This document shows, in pieces, positions 47,835-50,932 of a stretch of DNA of 50,932 bases; position 1 is the first letter of the stretch, and the number at the start of each line of letters is the position of its first letter. Position numbers and translations under genes: made by a program. The stretch is taken from assembly GCA_032718475.1 (NCBI GenBank), contig JAUCBJ010003018.1:1-50932 (forward strand), read 5' to 3'. Below the pieces are notes generated by a model, which made no database searches, was not told the origin of the DNA, and was given only the letters and a program-made list of their open reading frames with translations. Origin of the DNA: Nemertoderma westbladi (lineage: Eukaryota; Animalia; Xenacoelomorpha).

Positions 47835-50525
47835 AAATGTAAACCAAATACCCAGAACAACAGCAAACAATCGTTTCCATATATAATATCAAGCAATGTT
47901 TTCCATTTTGCGTCAAAGATACATTTGCTTAAAGAAATGGTGTTTTTAACTGGCTACTCTATAGTCGCAATCCAAGAAACAAAGCTAGACAAGAATATTT
48001 CCGATGGTAGTATTGTCATTGAGGATTATCACTTCGAAAGATTGGACAGAAAAATCGAAAATTTTACTAAAGAAAAGGGGGGAGGTGGACTTCTTACATA
48101 CACAAGTAAATCGTGGTGCCCTAATAAACCAGCGGTTATCGGAAGTGTATCACTGCCAGACATGGAATTGCTGGCAATTGCCTGTCGACCCAGATTTCTG
48201 CCGTCGGTGTATTCGTGTGTGATAATTATTAACATCTATATTAGACCGCAGGCTAAGTGGCCTGTCACTCGTAAAGAACTGAGAAAGATTTTCTCAACGA
48301 TTATGCGTCTGCATCCCCGTGGGTTTTTAATTGCTGTTGGCGACATCAATAAGAGTAAGTTAGGCTACCTAGAATCAATCAACCTTCATAACCTGGTGGA
48401 ACAGCCTACTTTCATTCCCGCTAATTCACAATTGGATATTGCGTATGTGTCTAACAGAGATGTCTACAACTGTATTGTGGGGGCACCTATTGGCCCTGAT
48501 CATTATTCTATTTACCTTGAACCGCTGGAAAATTGCGAAAATCTTTATAAACGTAGAGTCCAAACTCGTTTATCGCGGAATTTGAGTGCTACAAATGAAA
48601 ACATGGATAGAGTTCGTCAAATCTTTGAGGAAACGGATTGGAGTATTTTCAGAGATGATGATGTTAGTACATCAGTGGATCAAACTGAATCATACATTAA
48701 ATTTGTAATAGATGAAAATCTTCCAGTAAAAAGGAAAAAGGTAATATCCGCTACTTCTAGAATGCCAATAGTTGAATTAAAACCATTGTTAAAGGACAAA
48801 TTGAAAGCAATTCGAAACGGTGATAAAGCACTTCGAAATGGGATTCAACGAAAGATAAACCGATTGGTTCTCAATAGCAGACAGAAGAGTTTTCGTTCGA
48901 TGACGAAAACGGAATTATATGCTTGTTGTCAGTTGCCTTTAAAGGGCAAGCGATTAAAAACTAGTTTCAACGAAGATGAAGTTGAAAAATTGAGCAAATT
49001 TTTTGTTAGATTTAATGAAGATACTCCAAAGGATGACGATGTGTTTTCTGGAACAATATATCCCAACGAAACAGTAATTACTCCGAAACAGGTGGAGGAC
49101 AAATTTAGAGTTTTGGATGCGAAGACAGCTTGCGGACCTGGGATAGCGGACGCATCCATCTACAAAACTTTTGCGAGGGAACTTAGCATCCCCTACGCCA
49201 CTATGTACACACAGAGCTTCCAGTCACAAAAGTATCCCCTGGAATGGAAAAAGGCATATGTGTCATCGTTGGCTAAGAGTAAAGATTCAACTATAGAAGA
49301 CATGAAAACATTTCGACCGGTATGTGTTTCTCCAATTAGTGCTCGCGGTATAGACAAGCTTGCACTTGAGATGTTTCGAATGGCTACTGAATTATCAGAC
49401 GATAATTGCCAATTCGCTTATAAAAAGAATCGATCAACGGCAGATGCAGTAATTACTTTAATCCATCAAATTTCATCTGCATTGGACACACCATCAACAA
49501 TAGCAAAATGCATTTTCATAGACTACTCTTCAGCGTTCAATACGGTTCTTCAGCGCAAGTTTCTAAATAAACTGTTGAACGAGTTATCCCCAGAATATAA
49601 ATGGCTAGCAACCTGGATTCATTCTTATATGAATAACTTTCGACAAATCGTTAAATCAGGAACGGTAATGTCGGCTGAGCAAGCAGTGACAGTCGGTTTC
49701 CCTCAAGGCGGGCCCATGAGCGGACCTTTATTTACGAAAAATACAGATGATATTAAATCCACAGACAATTCTATAGCGAAATATTCCGATGACACGCGGA
49801 CCCAAAAAGCGATTACAAATTGGTCAGATAACTTAGTATATGAAAATACGATTGCAAATATAATCGAAAGATCTATTGAGAAAAATTTAAAGATTAATCC
49901 TAAGAAGTCAGAGGAGCTTTGCTTCATACCTCGAAACTTACAAAATGAGCTACTGCTTGATATTTCTGCATCACGTATTGTAATTGATGGTAAATGTGTT
50001 CCACGTCCCACAGCGGTAAAATATTTAGGTGTATTTATTTCCCAAGATTTATCGTGGAACCAGCATGTCAATCACGTTGTTCATAAAGCTAATTACTCAG
50101 TGCGACAATTTAGCTTTATAGTTCGATTTTTAACTGAGAGAACGGCTATATTCATTTTTAACACATATATTTTACCGATTTATACATACTGTGCTGTTGC
50201 CTGGGTACCGAATATTACTGAAAAGCTGCGGAAAAAACTACGTAGGCCGATTTCGCTATATGCCAAACATTCAAAAGTTAATAAACAGATGCTTTTTGAT
50301 ATTGTAAATGGTTGTTATAAAGGTATTTTTAAGAAAATGGTCGACAAAATTATAGATTCAAAAGATCATCCGTTGCATAAATCGTTGTTAGCACATACCT
50401 CTAGAAATGCCTCAACTAGGAACAATTTTGCCATATCTTACTGTCGTACTCACAATTATAGAAACTCTTTTATACCAACTGCACTGCGTTTTTTGAACAA
50501 GCCGGAAACTTTACAATATTTGTAG
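46854..50525 (+). CDS. LINE ORF2: APE endonuclease plus reverse transcriptase, with N-terminal Thr/Ala/Pro repeat
   Basis: EN motifs IQETKL, GGGGLL, CRPRFLP, GDIN, LDIAY, PDH. RT motifs QFAYKKNRST, FIDYSSAFNT, GFPQGG, KYSDD, VKYLGV. C-terminal RT..YRNSFIP.ALR.LN. Start codon uncertain. Confidence 0.93.
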   Translation: MGATASPMTLAGATASPTTTAGTTMSPTTPVGATASPMTSAGVTASPTTPAGATASATIPAGATAAPTTPVGTTASPTTTVGATMSPTTLAGATASPMTPVGVTASPMTPAGATASATTPAGATALPTTPAGAPASPMTPAGATASATTPAGATASPMTLVGATASATTPAGATVSPTTPAGVTASPMTPACVTASPMTPAGATVSATTPAGATASPTTPAGAPASPTTPAGITASPTTPAGATASATTPAGATASPMTLVGATASATTPAGATASPTTPAGVTASPTTPAGVTASPTTPAGATESAMTPAGATTSATTPAGATASPKCKPNTQNNSKQSFPYIISSNVFHFASKIHLLKEMVFLTGYSIVAIQETKLDKNISDGSIVIEDYHFERLDRKIENFTKEKGGGGLLTYTSKSWCPNKPAVIGSVSLPDMELLAIACRPRFLPSVYSCVIIINIYIRPQAKWPVTRKELRKIFSTIMRLHPRGFLIAVGDINKSKLGYLESINLHNLVEQPTFIPANSQLDIAYVSNRDVYNCIVGAPIGPDHYSIYLEPLENCENLYKRRVQTRLSRNLSATNENMDRVRQIFEETDWSIFRDDDVSTSVDQTESYIKFVIDENLPVKRKKVISATSRMPIVELKPLLKDKLKAIRNGDKALRNGIQRKINRLVLNSRQKSFRSMTKTELYACCQLPLKGKRLKTSFNEDEVEKLSKFFVRFNEDTPKDDDVFSGTIYPNETVITPKQVEDKFRVLDAKTACGPGIADASIYKTFARELSIPYATMYTQSFQSQKYPLEWKKAYVSSLAKSKDSTIEDMKTFRPVCVSPISARGIDKLALEMFRMATELSDDNCQFAYKKNRSTADAVITLIHQISSALDTPSTIAKCIFIDYSSAFNTVLQRKFLNKLLNELSPEYKWLATWIHSYMNNFRQIVKSGTVMSAEQAVTVGFPQGGPMSGPLFTKNTDDIKSTDNSIAKYSDDTRTQKAITNWSDNLVYENTIANIIERSIEKNLKINPKKSEELCFIPRNLQNELLLDISASRIVIDGKCVPRPTAVKYLGVFISQDLSWNQHVNHVVHKANYSVRQFSFIVRFLTERTAIFIFNTYILPIYTYCAVAWVPNITEKLRKKLRRPISLYAKHSKVNKQMLFDIVNGCYKGIFKKMVDKIIDSKDHPLHKSLLAHTSRNASTRNNFAISYCRTHNYRNSFIPTALRFLNKPETLQYL

Positions 50526-50932
50526 TAACAATATTGTTATTACATCTTTTCGGCCATAGTACCGTGTTTTACTTTGATTATCTTTTTTTTTAGAAAATAC
50601 CGTTTTAATTTTTATTTGACTAGTATAATTCTAATTTTTGTAATATCTGCATCATTATATGAACTCATTTCCTGCCATATATATAGTTTTTATATATCTG
50701 CCTTATATGAATTGTCCCAACTTGTTGAATATCATAGTACTTAATGATAGGTTCGATTTTAGCTCTTAAAGTGTGCATATTTTAATTAATATTTTGAAAT
50801 TTTTAATAGATCACGGTAATATAACTTAATCTACATAGCGTATTTTATAATCATATACATTTCTTTTTACTTTAATTGCTTGATGTGCATTAATAATATT
50901 CCTCTTTATATATCCATATACGGGAATAAAAG

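Larger units (their letters stand above)
45675..50932 (+). mobile_element. Apparently full-length two-ORF LINE (CR1-group, Rex1/Babar-like), antisense to the anoctamin gene
   Basis: ORF1 plus an EN-RT ORF2, AT-rich 3' UTR, AATAAA at 50925-50930. The 5' end, 3' end and TSD are not resolved. Confidence 0.88.

Noticed and set aside
46772-47896. ORFs 46772..47896 (-), 46820..47767 (+) and 47679..47870 (-)
   Set aside because: Shadow frames of the stop-poor 30-bp repeat inside the LINE.

Overview
AT-rich animal (probably invertebrate) genomic DNA, not prokaryotic. The main feature is a spliced anoctamin/TMEM16 gene on the minus strand that the ORF track mostly misses. I reconstructed six consecutive in-phase exons by hand (44050 to 15965), followed by three paralogous 75-nt exons (12944 to 12214) that look like a mutually exclusive cassette for the start of TM3. 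The most unusual observation is that every substantial non-coding tandem array in the window is an amplified exon-intron junction of this gene. These are a ~20 kb 25-bp array (~800 copies of a splice donor), a 3.5 kb 50-bp array (~69 copies of a donor), a 65-bp array (8 copies of an acceptor) and a 2-copy 20-bp donor duplication. The left part holds three intronless genes (C2H2 zinc finger, NEK8, SOSS-B/NABP), possibly nested in an anoctamin intron. Mobile elements include two inverted RTE-type LINE fragments, a decayed DD41D Tc1/mariner with long TIRs, tRNA-derived SINEs and MITEs. There is also an apparently intact two-ORF Rex1/Babar-like LINE whose ORFs are in frame, separated by a single TGA-CTA stop and a 30-bp coding minisatellite. 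Copy numbers are estimates from length divided by unit size, and family assignments come from motif recognition, not database searches.
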